DNA of 64,000 bases, from assembly GCF_000143415.4 (NCBI RefSeq), contig NW_003314331.1:622164-686163 (forward strand), read 5' to 3'. This DNA comes from Selaginella moellendorffii. Its lineage: Eukaryota > Plantae > Lycopodiophyta. Shown here piece by piece: positions 48,855 to 61,280 of the stretch. Numbering within the stretch: position 1 is the stretch's first letter; the number at the start of each line of letters is the position of its first letter. The translations under genes and the position numbers were made by a program. The notes beneath the pieces are model-generated. The model made no database searches, had not been told where the DNA came from, and worked only from the letters and a program-made list of their open reading frames with translations.

Positions 48855-50270
48855 TATAAGCTTGTCTTCTTCAAAGCCAGCTCAAAAGAAGATGTCATCA
48901 CAGATGATATCAGAGTACTAAGAACCACACCTTCTTGACCACACGCATGAGCCTGGCAGTTGAGAATGATCTTGCCTAGCCGTGGCTCCACTCTAACCTT
49001 GGCCAGTTTTAATACGAAGTTCATGAGCCTCTAGTTCTTCACTTCATCATCCTTAGCTATGGCTTCCAACCACTACAAACTCATCATTGCGTGACTGATA
49101 GCACTGACGCTGGGAGGCTCCACAAAGATGAAGTTTTCCACATTAGTGCCAGAAGCTTGAGAACTACTATCCCCATGTGCAAACGGGAAATTTCAGAAGT
49201 CCCTAGCAGCAGACACTAGAACTAGCGTGCCTTGCATGACCAGCTCTTTGAGTCACAGAATTGCCATAAGCTCCAACATTATCATCCCAGTCTGTGAATC
49301 AAAGATGGCTTGCTTTGACAATCCTGGATCCACCTAGTAGCCGAAAAAGTCAACTACATGGTTCAAGGAAGATCATTGTAAAAGTACCTGATTCCTGGTA
49401 TCGTCAAAGACATCTCGGCGATATTTGTTGCAAAGACTATCTTTCTCGTACCAGCTGGTGCTGCCTCGAATACCAGTTGCTGATCCTCTTGACGAAGCCT
49501 TCCATGAAAAGGCACCACAAGCGTACATGGCATATTTGCCAGTCGCCCATTCGATATCCGTTTGGGACTTGAAAAAAGCTATATCCCCGTCATCAGCGTC
49601 CCTATGGAGCTCACAAACTCTTGTCCTTGTTACATGGTTGTCGATGTTGGCATTCCTGCGCAGTTCGTAGTGGATCTCAACTGGGTACTTCCTTCCAGGA
49701 ACGACAAGTGTTCGATGCGAAAGTAGTCGCTGAAAAGTTCCGCATTGGCTGTAGCTGGCATGATGATGAGTCTCAAGTCCGACCATGCACGCATACATTC
49801 CTTCAGTACTGCTAGGAGTAAATCGATGCTCAGGCTTCGCTCGTGTGCTTCATCCACCACAATGCAGCTGAACCAGTCGAGATTTCTAGTCGAGAGATAA
49901 AGTTGAAGCAGTACGTGATCCGTGGTGTAGACCATTTTGGCAAGGTCCTGTTGATCCCTGTATAACAAGGTGCCAATGGAATTTATCTTCTCGTAACAGC
50001 CGTGGCATCCTTTGGCAACCCGTCGAGTAAGAGCAAAAGCTGCTACTTTCCTTGGCTGTGTACAAAGGATGGACTTGAGAAACAACCATCACATAAATAT
50101 TGAACGAGTTGAGTGCTCTTCCCAGACTAATCAACACAGTAACCTATAGATTAATGCAAAGAAACTAGATGATAAAAACTTCTGGAGGTTCAGGCCAGAA
50201 ATCAGTCTTGCTTCTTGCGGGGACGATCGCTTCCAGCTCCAGCGAACCCTAAAACCCTGGGAGAAAAACG
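48855..50270 (-). pseudogene. DEAH helicase pseudogene copy H4 (partial)
   Basis: CTQPRKVAAFALTRRVA, CIVVDEAHERSLSIDLLL, LRLIIMPATANA, VPGRKYPVEIHY; truncated by the gypsy remnant. Confidence 0.9.
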
Positions 50271-50377
50271 TTTGAGCGGGAACATTATAGCCTCTAGTGT
50301 CACGATGGTTTAATTTCCAAGGTCTAGATGCCTTCTATTATTAAACCTTTCCACTCCTATCTATTTTTACTTTATTT

Positions 50378-51324
50378 TCATTCATTCATTCGTATACTGT
50401 TTAGCAGAGAAGCATACTCAAACTCATCCAGTTCTCCTTTGCTCTTCAATTCTTCAATCAATGCTTCATCTGCAGCTGCATACCGGTTATACCCTGGAGG
50501 CATTTCTTCCTTGGATTTGTATAACTCGAAGCCTAGGCCTGCGTTGAGAAATCCATCGAGTCCCTGAAAAGCTTCCCAGATTTGAGATGCAAGAGGGCAG
50601 GGTGGCCGAGGCACAATGAAGATTCCCAAGTCTGGATGTTTTTTGCAGATCCGTTTGAGGTTTTCGTATTCAATCCGTTGGACGCAGAAACGAGGATGGT
50701 ATTGCGGGAAGTCTGCTACCTGAACGATATAACCCACCTGAAAACGTACACAAGTAAACATACAAAGAAACAGAGAATAGAAACTGATACAAACATCAAG
50801 AAGAAGTCTCTTCATTGGTCCAGTGTAAGTCCTCTCTGCCCAGTCCTCATTTCGCAGGGGATCTCTTGAACAGTGATACGTATCGTGTCCCTTCGCTAGG
50901 CAGAGGTAGCATTTCTTTTGTTCATGAGCAAAAGGATCCACTCCAGGCTAAAACAAAAAACAAAGAGTCAAAAATTCAATAAGTGAGTTTTCTTACCCCC
51001 TTGCAGTGTCTTTCCCAATGACCTCTCTGCTTACATTTTCTGCATTGGTCGACGAGTAATCCCTCCTTCTCACCGGGACGATGAGTTCCTATGATCTCAT
51101 ACCTGTTACAAACAAAAGCAAGTAAACATCAAACCATATAAGCTTGCTTACCTTGCTTGCATACGATCGTAATCGTCCTCGATTGCAAAAGTGTCCACCT
51201 CCTTCGGCTTTTCCTTTGCGAACTTCCTGTTGCTGCTGCCGCCGTCGTAAGCCTTCTTGTGCTGCCCGTTGCTGCTGTTGCCGTCATAAGCCTTCTTGTA
51301 CTGCCCGTTGCTGTAAGCCTTCAT
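50378..51324 (-). CDS. Zinc-knuckle protein copy ZK5 (4 exons; long C-terminus subtype)
   Basis: Intact exons and knuckles; ends EELKSKGELDEFEYASLLNSIRMNE*. Confidence 0.8.
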
Positions 51325-51456
51325 TGTCGGAAAGAAAATGTCCAGAACCAACAGGGAGCTATACCAGATCGATAAGAGAGCCAGAGGCTAGGGCGCTAGG
51401 GCGAGAGGATATAAAGCCCTATATATAGCCTTGTATTGGTTTAATCAATAAAAGCT

Positions 51457-54400
51457 TCAGGCTTCCGGCCTGGGTACGTAGCCGAGCGTTTCAAGCGCAA
51501 AGAAAATGAGCTCTTGAGGCAGTCGACAAAACCTGTAGCTCCCCCCGCTCAAGGCCCGAAAACTCCCACGGAAGCTTTGCACAGCTCGTCCATCTACTGC
51601 GCTGTGAGCAAGGCCGCGAAGTCGACAACCCTGGCAGCCTTCGCAAGTCCATCCCTGTTCCTGATGCTCGATCCAAGCTGGTTGGCAATGCTGTCGCGGC
51701 AAAAGCTGTGGCCTCGAGCCCCTTCGGGCATAAACACACCGAACAATCCTTTTGCTGCGTCTATTGCCACTGCTACTGCTGGATTGCTTCCTTCTTCCAG
51801 ACGCTGACGATCTGTGCTTTGCTTGCTCCAAGCACTCATCCCCGTGCACGCCACCGGTGGTTCATGCTCACTGCAGCTCCCACTGATTTTTCCAGCCCGG
51901 CTAAGTCGACCCCGTATTTTCCCAAACACAGCTCTCATCATCCCAAGAGGAGCTCCCGTCGCCTCGCAGTGAGATCTTCTGGTTGCATCTAACCATGGCC
52001 GGTTTCCTCTTCAATCTTCTTTGCCAGGCGAAGCCCCTCTCTCGTCTTCATTGCAGCTTTATCCAGCAGGCCCTTCGAGAGGAGAGTCTTCCACCAGTTG
52101 TCCTGCCTTGCACCGAGCCACACCTTTCTCGTACGCCTTCGGAGATACCTTCACACAGTGGTTTCCGAGTGGAAAACGAAAATTGAATAAGAGTAGCATA
52201 CCTTCAAAGTCGCACCTAGTGTGTTATCCGCCTTGAGCTGCTCCATTCCCTTGGCAGAGTAAAGTGTAGACGGGAAGAGAAACTCCGCTTTGCATGTAAC
52301 TTTCTGCCACGCCTTCCCCACGCCTCAGACATCCACTTTCCTGTGCATGAAAGTATCACGGCATCGATGCAGCAAACGCGCCAGCTTTGAAAGTGTCGAG
52401 TTTCACCGCAAGTTGGGGAGAAGCTGTGCGTCAAAAGGCGACCAAACCCCACTTTGTCTGAGGTGACGCTCCAAAATCTGGAGATGCCTTCACCTCACTC
52501 ATCAAACACTATCTCTTTCACCATCCAGACACGATCAGAGTCACGGGCGTTCGGAATCTCAGCTGCTTCTCGATGCACTCGTTCTGAAGCCAGCACTTCT
52601 GTCTCGCCACTGTTGCCATGACAGTATACGTGCAGCTCGTTCATGCGGCTCTCGATCCTGGACCTTGTTTGGCTGACACCTTTGGCCTCGAGCTGCTTTT
52701 GTAGCAAAGCTAGTCCGCTCTGTTCTTTGCCGCGAACTCTAGCCATGAGAGTGTTCCCCAAGTTCGATATGACCGCTCTGTGACTCCAAATCATACCCGA
52801 ACGATCGGCCACCCATTCGGGATCCACGACGGTCACGCAGCTCAAAAACTCCCTCGACGAGCAGAAAAATACCAGCCCCAGTGGACAGTCTCTGGATGAA
52901 TGTGAGCCTCTCGACCCAGTCGTATCCGATTCGCCCGTTGCCAGAAAACTGCCAGCTTCTCCATAAAAGCCGACGTGACGATCTTCCTGATTGTCTCGTC
53001 CTTCAGGCCTCTTATCTGTTCCTGGAAGCTCCTCAGTGACTTTGCGTTGATGCTGTACACGTCCAAGAGGTTGAACAGGTCTCCATGCCAATGAGATGGT
53101 CGTCGAACTTCGACGGTCGAAGATGATATCAAAGGAATGAGAACCAGACCACAACTGTCGAGAATGTTCTTGGTGTTAATCCGAAGTTCCCAGTTCTTTA
53201 CTTCATCATCCAGCCGCTGCAAACTCGTCATTGCATGCCTGATAGCGCTGATGCTGGGAGGCTCCACGAAGTCAAAGTTTTCCACGTCCTATATGCCTAG
53301 TGCCAGAAGCTTGAGAACTACTATCCCCATGTGAGAACAGCAACGCCATGTCGTCAAAGTCTTCATCGTTGTACAATCTGTAGCTGATACCAGAACTCGT
53401 GCGACCTCTTTGAGTTGCGGAGCTTTGACTGATTGCATTAAGCTCCAGCGTTGTCATCCCAGTCTGTGGATCAAAGATAGCTTGCTTTGACAATCCTGGA
53501 TCCACCAAGTGCCTAGAAGCCGAGAAAGCGACATGGTTCAAGGAAGATCATCGTAAAAGAACTTAAGTACCTGATTCCTAGTATCGTCAAAGACGTCTCG
53601 GCGATATTTGTTGCAGAAACTATCTTTCTAGTACCAGCTGTTGCTGATCCTCTTCACGAAGCCTTCCATGAAGAAGCAGCACAAACAGCGTATTTGCCAA
53701 TCGTTTACAGACCCATTCGACATCCGCCTGGGACATGAGGAAAGCCCATCGGCCTCCCTGTGGAGCTCGCAAACTCTTTCCATTGTCCTTGTTACGTGGT
53801 TATCGATGTTGGCATTCCCGCGCAGTTCATAGTGGATCTCAACCTAGTACTTCCAGGAACGACAAGTGGTTTCGATGCCAAAGTAGTCGCTGAAGAGTTC
53901 CGCATCGGCTGTAGCTAACATGACAATGACTCTCAACATTCCCTCAGTACTGCTAGGAGTACTGAAGGCTTAGGCTTAGTTCCTGTTCTTCGTCCACCAC
54001 AATGCAGCTGAAACCGGTCGAGATTTCTAGTCGAGAGATAAAGTTGAAGCAGTACCAAGGTGCCAATGGAATTTATCTTCCCGTAACAGCCGTGACAGCA
54101 GTTCCCACTGAGCGACCGATTCTTGCATCCTCCTGGACTATTTCTCACAGTTCTAGTGAAAAGTTCTTAACTTTGTTGTTCCTCCTTCGTGCTATCGTCT
54201 TTAGGATACCCTTTACCGTGTTGCAGCTCCTCAAGCGACCAATTTAGGCAGTGAAGACAAACCTTTCCAAGGATCTCGCCGTTTTCTTGTTCGGACCACT
54301 GCTCGGATGAGCTACCCTGGGGATCCCTCAAGCGAAGACCCAAAACTCATCCAAGGGCTCTTCCCTCAAGCGAAGACCCAAAACTCCACCAGGGAGGCCG

Positions 54401-54740
54401 CAGCCTTGTCGAGGTAGCAAAGCTTTGAACCGCGGCTGGAATGATGGCGCCACACCGGCACCAACGCCTCATCCGGCGGCTGCGGTCCGTGAGTAGCAGC
54501 ACCGCGTTGCGATCTCTCCAGCTCGATGAAAGCGTAGGCCCATGGATCGCTGCGCTGCCTGGGCACACACACGAAAGCGTTAGATTCCTACCAGGGAAGC
54601 GGCAAGCAAAAACTTCGACGATTCTACTGCCGCGATGATTCTAACGCCAAGATTCAGGCCAGAAATTTCTCATAAAATGCAGTCTTGCCTCTTGATCCAT
54701 GGCGCCGATCGCCCGCCGCTAGCGCCAATGCGAACCCTAA
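51457..54740 (-). pseudogene. DEAH helicase-RBR pseudogene copy H5
   Basis: VPRQRSDPWAYAFIELE, VDPGLSKQAIFDP...ISQSSATQRG, NFDFVEPPS, HIHPETVHWG, C-terminal RING-like remnant; many frameshifts. Confidence 0.85.
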
Positions 54741-57700
54741 AATCCTGGAACAAAAACGTTCGAGCGGGAAGGAGCTCTACCTTCCCAAAAAAGCAAGCTT
54801 CCATATCTTCTAGTGTAGGTTTTTTCCATAGCCATGATGAGTACATTGTTTAATTTCTCGTCTCTAGCTATAGATCTATAGATTACTAGACCAGTTTTAA
54901 ATTAATGCGATAAACATGGAACAAAAACTAGTATTAGATTAGATTAACCCGCCCCAAACAAAACCCCCCAACCGAGCTGCTACTGGCTTGCTCTAGAGCG
55001 TATGCTATCTCGATGAGTGTTTTTCACTCTATTAATACCTTTCCTGGAATGTTTCTAACTTTTTGATTTGCTTAAGTGCTTGGATATTCTAAAATATTCT
55101 ACCATCTAATTCTTATATTATTATTATAATTTATCTGATTGCTAGTATATAGTTACTCAAAGAGTTCATTGTAGAGTATAATACCAAGTCATTAATCTAA
55201 AATAATCATGGAACTCTCACCAAAAAACCTAATTCTCTTCTAGTAAAAACTTTTAGAATTCTTTCAATTGAACTAATAAGTAAAACTGAACAGGAATAAC
55301 ACTACTATTTAACAAAATAATAGTATTTTTTTAAGGTTAGGTTTTTAGATATAATATTTTAAATATAAAAGTTTCATTGATGAATTTCTATATTATAAAT
55401 CTATAATATTATATTTGTAATTCTCTAGTGGATTAATTACTTCAATGCCATAGGATATGGATTGGATTAATTACTTCAATGCCATAGAACATGGATTTGT
55501 GAGTGCATAGAATATAAAAATGTGTATATTCAAATAGCCTAAAAACCTTAATTTATATATAGAAGTGACTGTTATAAGAAACCAATCTAATAGATATCAA
55601 AATCATATTACGCTAATATCAATATATGGCATCAAAGCTATACACTTGGACCTTACATTATCTCTTTTTCTCGGAAGGATGGAACGTACTTAAGATTCTT
55701 TGGTTAATAAAAAAGAATATGGAAAAACTTCACGAGAAGGTATCTAGATGGTGCAACTTATTCCTGATCCTTTTGTATGAAGCACTTTAACCACTATATA
55801 TATATATATACATAATTTTTAAAGGATCGATCTATTAAATATCATGCCAAACTTCATAAACTTGCAATCCAATTTATCACAACACTCAATATGGTCATTT
55901 CCACTAAGTAAAGATCTTTTTAGACAAATGATTGAGAAAACAAACTAATACTAGGTCATCCACTTTGTACTTTGTAGGTGGATGATAATGAAAGTTGTAG
56001 CACCATTATTATCTCATTTGTATGCAACCCAAGTATTCAATAAACTTCACTCAAACCAGTAAAAGAATGCTTATTAAATATTGCTTCTAGTACCTAGCTC
56101 ATGACAATTGTGAATGTAAATTCAACTCCTTTGGAAGTATTAAATCATGATTATATAAGAGTTTATATGGTGAAGCACTAATGAAACTTTGAACCTTGTG
56201 ACATACACATACCAAAGAAATTATCCCAATCTAAATGTTTAAAGTTTATATATTTTGCAATCATTCATCTAAAGGTCTGAACAAGCTGTTCCACTAAACC
56301 ATTTATCTAAGCATTCTTGACAGTGTGGGATATCTTTAGCTTAGACATTAAAACATGAATGCATCAATTATAAATTCAAGACCATTATTCGGAAGAATAT
56401 ACTCTGAACAAAAATGCTAAAACACTATTCAATTGAGGAGGAAATATCCAATAGTAGTTGCAAATGCACTAGCAACAACACCAATTTTCACCTAGTGAAT
56501 CATATAATTGAAAACAATAATGACATATTCTTTGTGAATAATTGATCGTGGAAAAGTCCCCATTAAATCAAATGCCATCAACTCAAATGGACTCAAATTT
56601 ACAATTGACTCAAACCATCTTTCTGCATCATGAGTCGGAGTATTATTAACTTAATATCAAACATAACTATGCATATACTAGATAATATCATGTTGCATCT
56701 TCAACCAATACAAAAATATATATAACTTTTCAGTCACACATTAATGTTCTATATGCCTACCTAGAATAGAAGAGTCATTGTAGGTGTGGAGAAAATATAG
56801 AATAAAGATTGAAGGCACCACCAATTATAAATAATCAGTCTCTATAAAATAATAAGGTTGTCCTTAATATGATATTAATATTGTAAATGCTGAAATGATA
56901 AGTTATTAACAAGTGATTTAAGATTCTCAAACCCATCATGAAGCAGTTGGAACCACAATTCAATCTTTTGAGCTTTATGAACCTAGATAAATTTTACTCT
57001 ACACCTTGTGGATATTGAACATCAACTATAGTAACCATTGACCACACAAAATTTTTGTTTAGAAAATGACACTAATGCTAGAATAACAGGCTTGTAAGGA
57101 ACATGGAAAGAGAGCAAAAAGATAAGCAAAACTTGAAAAAGGGCATTAGCATCAACCATACAACTCCCTCAGTGATGAACAACCTCAAAATTATATATCT
57201 AAAACTTCAAAGTCCACTAAGTCAACCATATGAAGTACCATAGCATGATCACCTTTTAGTAATGTCTAAGAACCATGTAAATATACATGAAGCAAACTGT
57301 TACTAAATATTCATTCTTTATCATAAAGTAATTTATCTCTACTAATTGTAATATATGACTCATATATGCAATAAAATAACACTAGCCAAACAATCAAACC
57401 ATACAACTCCCTCAGTGATGAACAACGTCAAAATTATATATCTAAAACTTCAAAGTCCACTAAGTCAACCATATGAACAAACTATTACTAAATATTCATT
57501 CTTTATCATAAAGTAATTTATCTCTACTAATTGTAATGTATGACTCATATATGCAATAAGATAACACTAGCCAAACAATCAATACATCAATATAAAAAAT
57601 ATCCATATACAAAATGAAAAGTCAAAATGTAGTTAAGATACACTACACTTAGAAGAGTTATCAATAATGTAAGCAATCAAAGGGAACAACTCGAGAGATA

Positions 57701-57921
57701 ATCCATAGAAATTCAAATATAAAGGGAAAGAGCCCATAAATAAAAGTGTACTTTTTTTTCCTAATTGGTTAAAGGTTTTGGGATATTTGGGGTTAAACAT
57801 TCTTGGGTTTGAATAGTACTAGGTTGAATGACCTTTCGAGAAGTCCAAATTCAAGAGCTTACATTTGGTATACCTTTTTTTCCAATCGGTTAAAGGTCTT
57901 GGGATATTTGAGGTTAAACAT

Positions 57922-60216
57922 TGTAGCGCATCCTATCTCTCTCCCCTTAAGCCAACTGGAAAAAAAGCAATTGCTTGATAAAAGAGCCTTTAGTGGCTAT
58001 TTTATCCCCATTTATCCCCCAAGGTTCCAAGGATCCACGGTGACAATATATCCAAATCTCATCCCATGATCTCATGCGCTACACTCACCCCCTCTTCAGA
58101 AATGTCAATGTCTTCATTGACTATTGACTAACAACCCCTACTGAGTGTTAGGATCCTATCCCTTACACCCTAAGCCAACTGGCTAAAGTGGTGATCACTT
58201 GATTGCAAGGCCCTTTCTTTATCCTATTATCCTGATCTAGTGCCTAACAATCCTCCCCTCATCAGGGAGTGATCATCTGCAATCATAGTTAGGCCACCCT
58301 CTGTAAGCAACCAAAGGGAACGACTTGAAAGACGATCCATGGGGTTCAAATATAGAGGGAAAGGGCCCATGAACAAGAGTGCACCCCCTTTTCTAATTGG
58401 TTAAGGGTCTTGGGATATTTGGGGTTAAGCGTCCTTGGGTTTGAATAGTACTGGGCTGGGTGACCTCCCGGGAAGTCCAAACCCAGGAGCTTACATTTGG
58501 TATCGGAGCGGTCTCGGGTCTGACTCTGTTGGTTGGCTTAGGGGAATCGCACGGGAATCGCACCACGTGTTGATTGACATCTGGCTGGTCCAGTTTGCTC
58601 CTGCTGGGCTCGACCCGAGGGGTAGGGTGTCAAGAGAGCAGGGCTCTCGGGAGAGCTGCGGCTCTCAACTTCTGTTCACGAGGGCGTGAACTTGCAGGGA
58701 AGCATGGTGGATTGTAAGCAACCAAAGGGAACGATTCGAAAGACGATCCATGGGGTTCAAATATAGAGGGAAAGGGCTCATGAACAAGAGTGCACCCCCT
58801 TTTCCAATTGGTTAAGGGTCTTGGGATATTTGGGGTTAAGCGTCCTTGGGTTTGAATAGTACTGAGCTGGGTGACCTCCCGGGAAGTCCAAACCCAGGAG
58901 CTTACACCCTCCCCTCGTCAGGGAATGATCGTCTGCAATCATAGTTAGGCCACCCTCCGGTCACCATGGTCCTTCTTTTAGGGTCTACCAAACCTTGGTT
59001 CTCCCCCTAGATTCACCATGTTGAATATTCCTTCAGAATATTCTTGCCCCACTCGTCAGCCATGAGAATCAAACTAGGCTCCAATACCAATAGTAGGATC
59101 CTATCCCTTACACCCTAAGCCAACTGGCTAAAAGGGTGATCACTTGATTGCAGAGACCTTTCTTTATCCTATTATCCTGACCTAGTGCTTAACAATCCTA
59201 TCTTTCAAAGATGTCAATGTCCTCATTGACTATTGACTAACAACCCCTATTGAGCCAAGGGGAACCAACACTTCCATTTCCACACTAGGCTCCAATACCA
59301 ATAGTAGGATCCTATCCCTTACACCCTAAGCCAACTGGCTAAAAGGGTGATCACTTAATTGCAGAGACCTTTCTTTATCCTATTATCCTGACCTAGTGCT
59401 TAACAATCCTATTTTTCAAAGATGTCAATGTCCTCATTGACTATTGACTAACAACCCCTACTGAGCCAAGGGGAACTAGCACCTCCATTTCCGCACTCAA
59501 TCTATCAATCCTTCCATTGTGTAGATTAGCTATTCCATGTGAGATAACTAATCATCCACCCGTACCGTAGTCATCATCCACCCGTACCGTAGTCCCATGG
59601 TGGATAGATACTCCACACAAGAGGAAGGACGTACGCATGGATGCCCAATACGTACGATTTCAAATTTAGGGGTAGGAATATATCTTGCTCAAGGGTATAT
59701 TATACTTTTAAGTAGCCACTAATAAATGGGAATCAAACCCGTGCCATTTGCTCCGATACCAACTGTAGCGCACCTTATCTCTCTCCCCTTAAGCCAACTG
59801 GAAAAAGGGCAATTGCTTGATGAGAGAGCCCTTAGTGGCTATTTTATCCCCATTTATCCCCCAAGGTTCCAAGGATCCATGGTGACAGTATATCCAAATC
59901 TCATCCCATAATCACATGCGCTACAACATGGATGTCCAATACATATGATTTCAAATTTAGGGGTAGGAATATACCTTGCTCAAGGGTATATTATATTTTT
60001 AAGTAGCCATTAATCAATGGGAATTGAACTTGTGCCATTTTCTCTGATACCAACTGTAGCGTACCCTATCTCTCTCCCCTTAAGCTAACTGGAAAAGAGG
60101 CAATTGTTTGATGAGAGAGCCCTTAGTGGCTATTTTATCCCTATTTATCCCCCAAGGTTCTAAGGATCCACGATGACAGTATATCCAAATTTCATCCCAT
60201 AATCACATGTGCTACA
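57922..60216 (-). mobile_element. TRIM family B (about 162-bp LTRs at 57922-58083, 59764-59925, 60055-60216), containing TRIM family C (about 104-bp LTRs from 58146, about 59092, about 59302)
   Basis: TGTAGC...GCTACA termini; AACAT TSD on both sides; reverse-strand Met-i PBS (TGGTATCGGAGC, TGGTATTGGAGC) next to LTRs; no coding capacity. Confidence 0.8.
58302..58906 (+). mobile_element. Intact Cassandra-like TRIM (605 bp; 194-bp LTRs with a 5S rRNA-derived segment)
   Basis: LTRs 58302-58495 and 58713-58906 differ at about 5 positions; PBS TGGTATCGGAGC; purine-rich PPT; CCCTC TSD. The LTR segment GTTAAGCGTCCTTGGG...TAGTACTGGGCTGGGTGACCTCCCGGGAAGTCC matches the 5S A-box/IE/C-box region. Confidence 0.92.
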
Positions 60217-61280
60217 AACATCCTTGGGTTTGAATAATACTAGGCTGGGTGACCTCTTGGGAAGTTCAAATTTAGAAACTTATAAATAGTTCTTTCAAAT
60301 TTACAAGTGCCCTTTTGCAATCTTTAAACTAAATAAAAAATGATGTTAATAACTTCAGTAATGCTTACAACTGTGCAGTATGATCAGAAAGATAATCAAT
60401 AAAATGACTGAAATATTACACCTTATCTAGAAAGTATTGCACATCATTTATACACTTTGGAGTATAGAACTTTATAACAACCACAAGTTTGTTATGATCA
60501 ACTTTCAAATCTTCACAAAAAATATAGTATCTAAAATAAGTTATATCTTTAAACCCAAACACGCACTTTGACCTCTTTAGTTTCAAACTAAATTCCCACA
60601 ACTTATTTAACACCTTGTAAACATCACAAATGTGCTCTTTTTACATCCCTTATGAGTGGATTAAGATATTATTGATGAAGTCACCAATCACTTTTAACAT
60701 ATTGTAAAGAATCTTATTTGCTAGAAAATTGCTAAAACATTGTTCAAATTGAATAACATCACCATGAACTTGTATAAATCAAATAGTACAAAAAACAATT
60801 TTAGGAACATCCTCTTTAGCCATTAGCATTTGCTAACATCTAAAATCAAAATTTAATTTGATGAACCAATTATTTCTCTAAAAACAGTCTAAAGTGTGAG
60901 GAAGAAGGGATATATTCAAGATAATCACATTGTTTAACTGACAATAGTTGATGTAAAATCAAATACTCCCTAGGCTTTATCATAAAATAATGTTCATATA
61001 TTCTGAGACTTTTCAATAATACCTTTTTCTAATATCTTTTTGACATTTGCATATATAATCTTTATCTCTTTTAATAATTGATGCTAAATAGGAACCTTGA
61101 TTGGACAAGCAATTATAATGTTGCTTAATTGATAATCAAGCCATTGTGATTTTTATATAATATTCTAGTGATTGTGAGCAATGTGTTTACGAAATTACTT
61201 ACATAAATGATAATTAACCCCAAAGTGGTTAATAATGATCTTGCAAAAAGCATCTATGCCAATGATAAAAGCACAGTATA

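Larger units (their letters stand above)
45420..51360 (-). repeat. Segmental duplication copy A (gypsy remnant + helicase fragment H4 + ZK5); paralogous to 55010-64000
   Basis: Shared junction GTGTTTTTCACTCTATT(G/A)ATACCTTTCCTGGAATG at about 45440 and about 55015, colinear thereafter. Confidence 0.85.
57668..60284 (+). mobile_element. Older, internally deleted Cassandra-like TRIM (outer layer of nest)
   Basis: LTR 57668-57863 (TGT...ACA) plus TGGTAT PBS remnant; second LTR split at 57921/60217; TSD AATAA/AATAG; empty site AATAG at 47832-47836 in the paralogue. Confidence 0.8.
55100..61250 (-). mobile_element. Decayed Ty3/gypsy pol remnant, copy B, interrupted by nested TRIMs
   Basis: 60416-60613 (-) LKLKRSKCVFGFKDITYF...LKVDHNKL...PKCINDVQYFL is a gypsy RT C-terminal motif; internal tandem duplication at about 57150-57580. 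Confidence 0.8.

Noticed and set aside
58160-58185. tRNA D-arm-like motif in TRIM-B/C LTRs (reverse TAGCCAGTTGGCTTAGGG)
   Set aside because: No B-box or cloverleaf; a similar short motif occurs in all three LTR families and is probably an ordinary LTR motif.
58424-58478. Functional 5S rRNA gene
   Set aside because: Only the internal control region, embedded in LTRs; 5' half and terminator absent.
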